In this document: positions 1 to 6,933 of the stretch, piece after piece | How the letters are laid out: the number at the start of each line of letters is the position of its first letter | Position numbering within the stretch: the first letter of the stretch is position 1 | Assembly: GCA_964648855.1 (NCBI GenBank) | Contig: CAZYLT010000043.1 | Span: 1-8,674, forward strand | Direction of reading: 5' to 3' | Source: an uncultured archaeon | GTDB taxonomy: Archaea > Asgardarchaeota > Thorarchaeia > Thorarchaeales > Thorarchaeaceae | DNA length: 8,674 bases | The notes under the pieces: model-generated | Database searches by the model: none | Seen by the model: only the letters and a program-made list of their open reading frames with translations | Told to the model about the DNA's origin: nothing | Made by a program: the position numbers and the translations under genes

Positions 1-282
1 ATGGGAACAATTGCAGCTAGGAAGGCACAGGAAATCTTGGAGAATGTTCGCAATGTGATTTCTATAGAGTATCTTTGTGCAGCAGAGGGTATTGATTTAC
101 TTGCTCCTCTAAAGGCTGCAACCCCACTTGTTCGTGCTAAAGATGTCATAAGAAGGGAAGTTCCAAAAATGGAAGATGACCGCGCCTTGTCAAGTGATAT
201 CAAGAAGATCTACCATCTTCAGCTATCTGGCAAAATAATACACGAAGTAGAGAGAGAAGCTGGCTCCATCATTCCTGAATAG
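1..282 (+). CDS. hutH: Histidine ammonia-lyase, C-terminal fragment (gene starts upstream of the window)
   Basis: MGTIAARKA is the segment that follows the EDHVS motif of HAL; IEYLCAAEGIDL and DDRALSSDI match the HAL C-terminus. hutI is nearby. The ATG at 1 is an internal Met. Confidence 0.9.
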   Translation: MGTIAARKAQEILENVRNVISIEYLCAAEGIDLLAPLKAATPLVRAKDVIRREVPKMEDDRALSSDIKKIYHLQLSGKIIHEVEREAGSIIPE

Positions 283-334
283 CCACATTCCTGTCTACTC
301 GTGAACCTTTATCTGATTCTGCGGCTCCATATTA

Positions 335-354
335 TTGTTAGATTCATCTAACAA
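335..354. promoter_or_regulatory. Putative DtxR/MntR-family operator (palindrome TTGTTAGAT-tc-ATCTAACAA)
   Basis: Perfect 9-bp inverted repeat with a 2-nt spacer and TTAG-N6-CTAA core, the geometry of MntR/SirR-type boxes. It lies directly upstream of the DtxR-family gene and about 20 nt downstream of a TATA-like CTTTATCT (307-314). Confidence 0.7.
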
Positions 355-382
355 ATATAGATAATCTGTGGCGGTAATCAAG

Positions 383-805
383 ATGCCTGAACTCTCAAAA
401 TCCATGGAGCAATATCTCGAAACCATTTACGACCTTCAGAGAGAATATGGGGCAGCAAGTGTGACCGATATTGCTAGTGACCGTGAAGTCAAGTCCCCAA
501 GCGTAACCTATGTACTTCGGAAGCTTAAGTCCCTTGGACTTGTTAACTACAAACGGTATCGAAGTGTTACCCTCACTGAACAAGGAAAAGAAATAGCAGA
601 GAAGCTAGAACGCACCCACAAAACCCTCCGGTGGTTCCTTGAGATGATTGGAGTTAGTCCTGAAATTGCTGATGAAGATGCGTGTGAAATTGAACATCTT
701 GTGCATCGGGAAACAGTCGAGAAGCTGGCTCAGTTTGTAGATTGGATGAAGAACACGAAAAAAGGGGCTCAGTGCCTACAAGCATTTCATTCTTCTGAGG
801 CATAA
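383..805 (+). CDS. DtxR/MntR-family metal-dependent transcriptional regulator (short form, no FeoA/SH3 domain)
   Basis: SMEQYLETIY, HTH DIASDREVKSPSVTYVLRKL, wing LVNYKRYRSVTLTEQG, and metal/dimerisation motifs THKTL and DACEIEH. ATG 383 is preferred over GTG 368 because GGCGGTAA (370-377) is SD-like. Confidence 0.92.
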   Translation: MPELSKSMEQYLETIYDLQREYGAASVTDIASDREVKSPSVTYVLRKLKSLGLVNYKRYRSVTLTEQGKEIAEKLERTHKTLRWFLEMIGVSPEIADEDACEIEHLVHRETVEKLAQFVDWMKNTKKGAQCLQAFHSSEA

Positions 806-858
806 TATTCCAAGGAATATCCAGTTTTGCTGAGGATTTGGTAGCCGTTTTCTGTTGC

Positions 859-2130
859 TTACGGACCCAATTTTGTGTATATCAATTCGCCACCAGCGAT
901 GACCGTATGCACCAAACTCACTCCAAATCTGTATGCGAGGTATTCAGGATTTGGCGCCTCCAAAATTACAATATCCGCCCTTTTTCCTACCTCTATGCTT
1001 CCAATTTTATCAGCTCTATCCAGTGCATGAGCCGCATTAATCGTAGAGGCAGTTAGAGCCTCTCTTGGATGCATCTTCATTTTGTAACAAGCAAGTGCAA
1101 TTGTGAAAAACATCGATTCGTTAGCACAATTGGGATTGAAGTCCGTCGCTAATGCAACAGGTAGTCCCATCTCGATCATATCTCGTGCACGCGCATAGTC
1201 CGTATTCAGACTGAATGCAGTAGCAGGCAACAGCGTTGCAATCGCTCCTGCCTTTCTCATGTCCTCCAATCCCTCATCCGATGACATGAGTAAGTGATCT
1301 GCAGACACTGCATTGAGTTCGGCTGCGAGTTCGGCCCCGCCCAATTGGACAATCTCATCAGCATGTAGCTTGAGCTTCATTCCCGCTGCCCTTGCTGCTT
1401 CCAGTATTCTCCTCGACTGCTCTATATTGAAGACTCCCTTTTCACAGAAGACATCACAAAATTCTGCCAATCCGTTCTTGCTGACCGCAGGAATCATTTC
1501 CTCAATTACGAGCTCGACGTAGTCATCAGTTCTTCCTTTGTACTCGGGAGGGATTGCATGTGCGCCTAGGAATGTTGATACCACTTCAGCTGGTAACTTG
1601 TTGTTGGTTTCTTTTGCCGCCTTTAGCAGCTTCAGTTCGGTGTCCGTTTCCAAACCATAGCCACTTTTTGCTTCGATAGTTGTAGTTCCTCTCTCTAGCA
1701 TCCTAATTCCAAACGAAAATGCGTTGGTGTATAATTCGTCAGGGGTTCCCTTTCTAGTGGCTCTAAGTGTGTTCAGAATGCCTCCACCCGCCTGAAGAAT
1801 CTCCATGTAGGATTTTCCCTGCAGTTTCATCGCAAAGTCATTCTCTCGAGACCCAGCAAAGACCAAGTGTGTGTGGCTGTCTATGAAACCAGGTATTGCC
1901 AACATATTCTGGAATTCCATCTTTGGAAACTCTGGTTCAGCTGTAATTTGAGACTGGACATCTTCTGTCTCTCCTACTGCTGCTATTTTACCATCAGCAA
2001 TTGCAATAGCTCCATTCTCCAAGATGGACACCTCCATCATTTCTTCACCTACTTTTGGACTCTTACTACTGTCTTTCAGCGTTGCAATTTGACCAATATT
2101 TGTCAACAGAATGTCAGGTTTCATAGACAC
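859..2130 (-). CDS. hutI: Imidazolonepropionase
   Basis: PGFIDSHTHLVFAGSR, GGGILNTLRATR, GTTTIEAKSGYGL, FLGAHA, DVFCE, LHADEI, SADHL, ATDFNP. The start is GTG 2130 or ATG 2124. Confidence 0.96.
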   Translation of the reverse strand: MSMKPDILLTNIGQIATLKDSSKSPKVGEEMMEVSILENGAIAIADGKIAAVGETEDVQSQITAEPEFPKMEFQNMLAIPGFIDSHTHLVFAGSRENDFAMKLQGKSYMEILQAGGGILNTLRATRKGTPDELYTNAFSFGIRMLERGTTTIEAKSGYGLETDTELKLLKAAKETNNKLPAEVVSTFLGAHAIPPEYKGRTDDYVELVIEEMIPAVSKNGLAEFCDVFCEKGVFNIEQSRRILEAARAAGMKLKLHADEIVQLGGAELAAELNAVSADHLLMSSDEGLEDMRKAGAIATLLPATAFSLNTDYARARDMIEMGLPVALATDFNPNCANESMFFTIALACYKMKMHPREALTASTINAAHALDRADKIGSIEVGKRADIVILEAPNPEYLAYRFGVSLVHTVIAGGELIYTKLGP

Positions 2131-2245
2131 ATCAGCTGTCTGTTTAGGCTCCTACTGCCAAAAGTAGGTTTTGTTCATGGGCAGTAGTTGAATTAATTAG
2201 GGATAACTATTGGTCGAAGGGCAAGAAGAATGGTAGTTGTTGTTC

Positions 2246-2827
2246 ATGGAATACCTAATCCTCGGTTGGAAAGAAGTCTACAACCTTACACTACAACTTT
2301 CTGAGCGGATATCGGAGAGTGGATTCACCCCTGATTTGATTGTTGGTATCGCTAGAGGGGGATGGATTCCCGCAAGAATTCTCTCTGATGTTCTGTATGC
2401 CAGTGCGATGTTCAATGTTCGAATTGAATACTACAGTGATGTGGGAATTCGAGGAAAGGAGCCAACTGTTACTCAACCATTATCAATTCCCATAGAAGAA
2501 AAGAAGATTCTTCTTGTTGACGAGGTTTCTGATACAGGTGAATCCCTACAGCATGCTGTGGAATACCTAAAGGGTCTTGGCGCGAAGGAGATAAAGACCG
2601 CTGTACTTCATCTTAAACCCAACTCGTGCGTCACACCTGATTTCTATATGCAGATGGTGGATGCATGGACCGTCTACCCATGGGAATTGCGGGAGTCAAT
2701 TATTGCACTGGTGAAGAAATTCAAGGAAGAAGAGCCTGAGAGCGACATGAAGAGAATTCGTGACAAACTGGTCTTTGAAGTTGGATTCGAGCCAACTGTG
2801 ACCGACTACTTCATCAAACGCCTCTGA
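2246..2827 (+). CDS. Type I phosphoribosyltransferase (purine PRT, HGPRT/XGPRT-like)
   Basis: IVGIARGGWIPARILSD, PRPP-binding loop ILLVDEVSDTGESL, and WTVYPWE. ATG 2246 is preferred over TTG 2237. Substrate not determinable. Confidence 0.88.
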   Translation: MEYLILGWKEVYNLTLQLSERISESGFTPDLIVGIARGGWIPARILSDVLYASAMFNVRIEYYSDVGIRGKEPTVTQPLSIPIEEKKILLVDEVSDTGESLQHAVEYLKGLGAKEIKTAVLHLKPNSCVTPDFYMQMVDAWTVYPWELRESIIALVKKFKEEEPESDMKRIRDKLVFEVGFEPTVTDYFIKRL

Positions 2828-3420
2828 TGGGGTGTGCTGATATGTTAATCGAGTGCCTAAAATCGAAGACCGATAGCGTATGGATTGGAATAGAGCATAT
2901 TGTAAACACATCGGAACTGGGGCGTACGAAACTTTTAGGTCTCTTGAAGCAACAACCACAGATAATGGCGTCTCAGTTTATGAATTACCAGTTTATCGCG
3001 GGTTCCCACCATCTGGTATCAGCAGCGCAAAATGCTCTTAATGCATGGGAAGGTGGCTATGCCATATCCCGTTCATTAAGCGTTGAAATCATTCTATTCG
3101 CATCAGGACAACGACAAATATCGAAGGCGCTTGATAAACTGGGAATAGAGAATATGCCGCAGAAACTGCTCATCGTAGTACTGGGACTAGAGAGCTCTGA
3201 AGTTGAACAATATATTGAAGGTTTCGTGAAATCAATTGGGGAAGCTCAAGAACCCATGTTCCCAATTAGTGATCAACGAATTCAGCAGATATCAGAATAT
3301 TTTGAAATTGGAAACGAAGAAATTCTCGCCATTTCTGAAACGGAATCAACTGAGGATAGATGGAATGCACTATCAAAATGTGTAGTTAGCCGGGTTTCAA
3401 TGGTGGCGTTTGATCTATAA
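2827..3420 (+). CDS. cgi121: KEOPS complex subunit Cgi121
   Basis: HLVSAAQNALNAW, SRSLSVEIILFASGQRQISKALDKLGI and C-terminal VVSRVSMV. ATG 2827 overlaps the PRT stop (TGATG); alternative start ATG 2842. Confidence 0.9.
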   Translation: MGCADMLIECLKSKTDSVWIGIEHIVNTSELGRTKLLGLLKQQPQIMASQFMNYQFIAGSHHLVSAAQNALNAWEGGYAISRSLSVEIILFASGQRQISKALDKLGIENMPQKLLIVVLGLESSEVEQYIEGFVKSIGEAQEPMFPISDQRIQQISEYFEIGNEEILAISETESTEDRWNALSKCVVSRVSMVAFDL

Positions 3421-3428
3421 CCTCCATA

Positions 3429-3977
3429 CTAATACATCTCATCACGCATAGTCATGATAGAAAGAATATCTTCCTCTTCAACTAAAACTGATACACCAGT
3501 GACATCTCCAATCACTTCGATCCATAGGTGCTTGTCCGGTTCCTCCAGATCGACTTCTCTAGAGATTACATCTGCAGTGGCACCCACAATTTCCATATGA
3601 TTCAAATCAGTATGACGCCTCCTCACTGTAACCCTAAATGTCTCCTCCTCTCCTATTTTAGAGCGAAGCTCCTGAGCTGCCTCAACTATGTTTTCAATCT
3701 CTGACTTCACACACATCTCTATTGGTGTGAATTTTATTGCAAATCTGAATTGATGAGGGTTTTCTTCCGCAAACTCAGTTAACTGATGTATGGTTTCAAA
3801 TGGGTCCAAGGCGGTCGTACAAGTCAATAATCCGGACACATTGGTAAATGAAATGGACAGGTCATCGTCACCAATAAGATCACCAATGAAGTATCGTACC
3901 TCTGACATTGCAGCCTGTTCACGTTCTCGAGGGGTACTGACCAGGATGTTAAATTCTCTCAGAGAAGGCAGCCTCAC
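3429..3977 (-). CDS. Stand-alone THUMP-domain RNA-binding protein (Tan1/THUMPD1-like)
   Basis: FNILVST...E, VSGLL, KFTPIE, TFRVTVRRR, VDLEEPDK..WIEVIG..GVSVL. The GTG start overlaps the upstream TGA (GTGA), suggesting translational coupling. Confidence 0.88.
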   Translation of the reverse strand: MRLPSLREFNILVSTPREREQAAMSEVRYFIGDLIGDDDLSISFTNVSGLLTCTTALDPFETIHQLTEFAEENPHQFRFAIKFTPIEMCVKSEIENIVEAAQELRSKIGEEETFRVTVRRRHTDLNHMEIVGATADVISREVDLEEPDKHLWIEVIGDVTGVSVLVEEEDILSIMTMRDEMY

Positions 3978-4687
3978 ATGTTTGCATATACGATTCTATT
4001 CGTCCAGAACCGAAGTGCCTCAGTATCGCCTCTTAAGACATCGTCGAGCTGGGCCACAGACAGTTCTCCTTCTCGATAGATTTTGATTATAGATGAATCG
4101 TCCTCTTCTTGAACTCCTATGATTGTAGAATCTTTCTCACTTGACGATGGTCCCGCGTCAATATAGAGGTCTACTTCATCACCTAGTTGTTCTTGTGATT
4201 CAGATACACTATACGGACTCGGTCCGCCCGATTTATTTGCACTTGTTCCGACGATGGGTGCATCTATCTTTCTGGCAATCTCGCGGGGTATCGGATGTCC
4301 AGGCACTCTAATGAGAATACTTTCTCTCCCCCCAGAGATTAGGGTAGAAACATCTTGATTTGGAGAAACTACTAGTGTGAGCGGGCCTGGCCAAAAGAGC
4401 CTTGTTAGTACTCTCTCTAGGTCAACAAACTCGTGATACAGTTCACATTGCTTCGTATCTGCGAATAGGAGTGGCACTCCTAAATCACGTCTTCTCTCCT
4501 TGGTTTCAATGAGTTTCTCAATGGCCTTCTCTTGTCTTGGATCACATGCAAGACCATAGCTTGTATCTGTGGGATAGACCACCAGTCCTCCTGCCAGTAA
4601 TATCTTTGCAGCTTCGTCAACTACTTCGCTCATGTTTTTCTCATTAATCGTAAGTGTTCGTACATTCAAGGGACTTTTCACTACCAT
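3974..4687 (-). CDS. sua5: Threonylcarbamoyl-AMP synthase (TsaC/Sua5/YrdC family, YrdC domain only)
   Basis: VVYPTDTSYGL, K-x-R (KER), FWPGPLTLV, IRVP, GTSANKSG, DAG, STII, REG. Confidence 0.93.
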   Translation of the reverse strand: MVVKSPLNVRTLTINEKNMSEVVDEAAKILLAGGLVVYPTDTSYGLACDPRQEKAIEKLIETKERRRDLGVPLLFADTKQCELYHEFVDLERVLTRLFWPGPLTLVVSPNQDVSTLISGGRESILIRVPGHPIPREIARKIDAPIVGTSANKSGGPSPYSVSESQEQLGDEVDLYIDAGPSSSEKDSTIIGVQEEDDSSIIKIYREGELSVAQLDDVLRGDTEALRFWTNRIVYANM

Positions 4688-4775
4688 CTGGGTTTAAAGC
4701 AAATGCTACCTATGCTGTAAGCTTGCAAACATACATATGAAGGTTACAACTTAGGCTTGGTGAAGAATATACTCT

Positions 4776-4783
4776 AGGAGGAG
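4776..4783 (+). promoter_or_regulatory. Shine-Dalgarno AGGAGGAG for the nucleotidyltransferase
   Basis: Lies 5 nt upstream of ATC 4789, the codon aligning with the initiator Met of the family consensus. Confidence 0.7.
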
Positions 4784-4788
4784 TTGCC

Positions 4789-5811
4789 ATCCAAGCATTA
4801 CTACTGGCTGCTGGTAGAGGCTCTCGTCTGTCCCCTCTATCAAATAGCATTCCCAAGCCGCTTATTCACTGTGCGGGACGCCCAATCATTCATCATCTAT
4901 TATCTGCACTAATCAAATCGAAAATAGAAAAGTTGATTGTAGGTCTCGGTTGGAAGGCACATTCCCTACAGCAATTCCTCTCATCAGAAATGTTCTCCTT
5001 AGAAATACAGAACGTGATAGTTCCAGATTATGAAAGTGGTCCATTGAAAACATTTGTCACTGCCGGTTCGAAATTAGGAGATGAACCCTTCGTTGTGTGT
5101 CCGGCTGATTTGGTATCTGTCAGTAGCAATATTGAGAATATCGTCCGCTCTCATTTACATGATGAAGCACTCCTTTCCCTAGCAGTAGACCCCACACTCG
5201 AAATTGGAACCAAAGTGTATGGAGATGAGAATGGGTTGATCACTGGAGTGGGCGAAGGTTCAGAAGGAAAGTTCCTCGGAAGCTCAGCACAAATCATTAT
5301 GGCGGACAATCAGTTTGTAGAATTTTGCTCAGACCTAGAAGCAAGAGGCTTGAATACTATATCAGAGATTATCAACGAACTGGTTGCCAGGGATAGAAAA
5401 ATGAGAGCAATCCCCGTTAGTGGCTATTGGAAGGATATCGATACATTTCAGGCACTTCTCGAAGCCAACAGACAACTTTTATGCTCCGAATTTGACTTGC
5501 CTTCAAGTTGTGTCTATGTTCCAGCCGGGGATTCTATGGAATTTGGAGAAGACATTTCATTAGGCTCGGGAGTCATGATTCACGCTGGCACCAAGATTCT
5601 TGGTCCAAGTTTAGTAATGCCCATGTCCACGATTTCAGCAAACAGTGTTATAGGACCAAATGTTAGTCTATCTGAAGGCACAAAAATAGGGATGTCATCT
5701 TCAATAGAAAACGCAATAGTATTTGGTCCTGGAACCACTGGGAAAGGAACATCTCTCTCTAATGTAATCATTTTCAAGAACAAAGTTATCGAAGGTGATA
5801 AGATAGAATGA
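4789..5811 (+). CDS. NDP-sugar/polyol-phosphate nucleotidyltransferase with C-terminal hexapeptide (left-handed beta-helix) repeats; probable non-canonical ATC start
   Basis: Reading upstream in frame from TTG 4933 gives IQALLLAAGRGSRLSPLSNSIPKPLIHCAGRPIIHHLL, the signature G-x-G-x-R-L...PKPL N-terminus. Downstream are PFVVCPAD, GYWKDIDT and [IVL]GxxxxI-like repeats. About 340 aa. The family call is secure; the exact start is inferred. Confidence 0.85.
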   Translation: MQALLLAAGRGSRLSPLSNSIPKPLIHCAGRPIIHHLLSALIKSKIEKLIVGLGWKAHSLQQFLSSEMFSLEIQNVIVPDYESGPLKTFVTAGSKLGDEPFVVCPADLVSVSSNIENIVRSHLHDEALLSLAVDPTLEIGTKVYGDENGLITGVGEGSEGKFLGSSAQIIMADNQFVEFCSDLEARGLNTISEIINELVARDRKMRAIPVSGYWKDIDTFQALLEANRQLLCSEFDLPSSCVYVPAGDSMEFGEDISLGSGVMIHAGTKILGPSLVMPMSTISANSVIGPNVSLSEGTKIGMSSSIENAIVFGPGTTGKGTSLSNVIIFKNKVIEGDKIE

Positions 5812-6422
5812 GTCCGAGTAAGTATAGACTTCGTAGAGTCTTTGGTGGTGCCGTTAAAGCATTAGCAAAACCATTCATCAAATTCAATATTCATCCAACA
5901 GTAGTAACCTACATCTCGCTTTTCTTCGCCTTTCTTTCAGCATTGACCCTTGTATTAACACAGAATCCACAGATCTATGCTTTGCTTGTTTTTCTAACGG
6001 GATTGTTCGATGGCGTTGACGGTGCAGTGGCACGAGCAACTGGTAAGTCTTCGGACTTGGGTGCATTCTCCGATTCGGTTGTGGACAAAGTAGCTGAATT
6101 CTTGATTCTACTACCACTTGCCATTATTTTTCCAAACAGTATTTTCTTGGGCGTTTCTGTACCAGTTTGGGTACTCGTCTGTATTAGCTCGTGGCTTCTT
6201 ACTAGCTACACTCGGTCGAGAGCGGCTTCATTGGGAATTAAAGACTTGGATGTTGGACTGGGTGCTAGGTCAGAACGTCTTTTCATATTGGTGATTTTTG
6301 CTTCCTTTGACTTGCTACAAGTCGGCTTAGTTATTGTGACCTTGGTGGGTGCAGTGACGGCTGTCTTTAGATATCTCCACTATTCAGAAGCTCTCCAAAA
6401 ACGCGATTTAACTGAGAGATAA
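5808..6422 (+). CDS. CDP-alcohol phosphatidyltransferase, archaetidylinositol-phosphate-synthase-like
   Basis: Signature DGVDGAVAR...GAFSDSVVD, plus HPTVVT, SYTRSRA, RSER and several hydrophobic helices. ATGA overlap with the upstream gene. Confidence 0.9.
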   Translation: MSPSKYRLRRVFGGAVKALAKPFIKFNIHPTVVTYISLFFAFLSALTLVLTQNPQIYALLVFLTGLFDGVDGAVARATGKSSDLGAFSDSVVDKVAEFLILLPLAIIFPNSIFLGVSVPVWVLVCISSWLLTSYTRSRAASLGIKDLDVGLGARSERLFILVIFASFDLLQVGLVIVTLVGAVTAVFRYLHYSEALQKRDLTER

Positions 6423-6508
6423 ATGAGCATAAATGAAATCGCAGTACCATTATACTTAAGTGCTTGACCAAACTGGGCGCAATCACTTATTGAATGGAGT
6501 GACTATCA

Positions 6509-6928
6509 ATGGCCATTTTCAGGGCGGACCACTATCTTATAGCCGAATTCGAAGAGGTATCTGATATCAGAAAGACCGGTCAGGATGTTCTTGAAGCACT
6601 AAAAAAGGTCTCTGAATTGAAGGACCTAGCTATGGTCTTCAAGCGAATGGAAGGAAAACAGTGGACTGAAATTGTTGGAAGAATTGACATTCCCGAGGGT
6701 TCCAAGGCGTTTTGGGCGATGGTAAAGAAGGAAGTCACTGACCGTGAACCCTACAATCTATTCATCCGACTTGACCGAAATGCTGAGGGTGAAACTATAG
6801 AAGACGCTCGAGCTGAGGTAAAGAACTGGGCAGAAAGCGAAATCATACCAAAGATCGAGTCAAAAACAAATCCCAAAATGATAAAGGCTATAGAACCCCA
6901 AGAAATATTCATGCCAAAGCTTGACTAA
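6509..6928 (+). CDS. Hypothetical protein (139 aa, soluble, probably alpha/beta)
   Basis: SD GGAGTGA at 6496-6502, protein-like composition, fills the gap between genes and stops 5 nt from the convergent gene. No motif recognised. Confidence 0.8.
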   Translation: MAIFRADHYLIAEFEEVSDIRKTGQDVLEALKKVSELKDLAMVFKRMEGKQWTEIVGRIDIPEGSKAFWAMVKKEVTDREPYNLFIRLDRNAEGETIEDARAEVKNWAESEIIPKIESKTNPKMIKAIEPQEIFMPKLD

Positions 6929-6933
6929 ATCCC

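Noticed and set aside
395-4086. Overlapping short ORFs 395-583, 838-1056, 1313-1522, 1867-2187, 2291-2476, 2696-2959 and 3790-4086
   Set aside because: Antisense shadows of well-supported genes with no recognisable motifs.
4933-5811. ORF-track start (TTG 4933) for the nucleotidyltransferase
   Set aside because: It omits the in-frame catalytic GxGxRL/PKPL motif encoded at 4789-4932.
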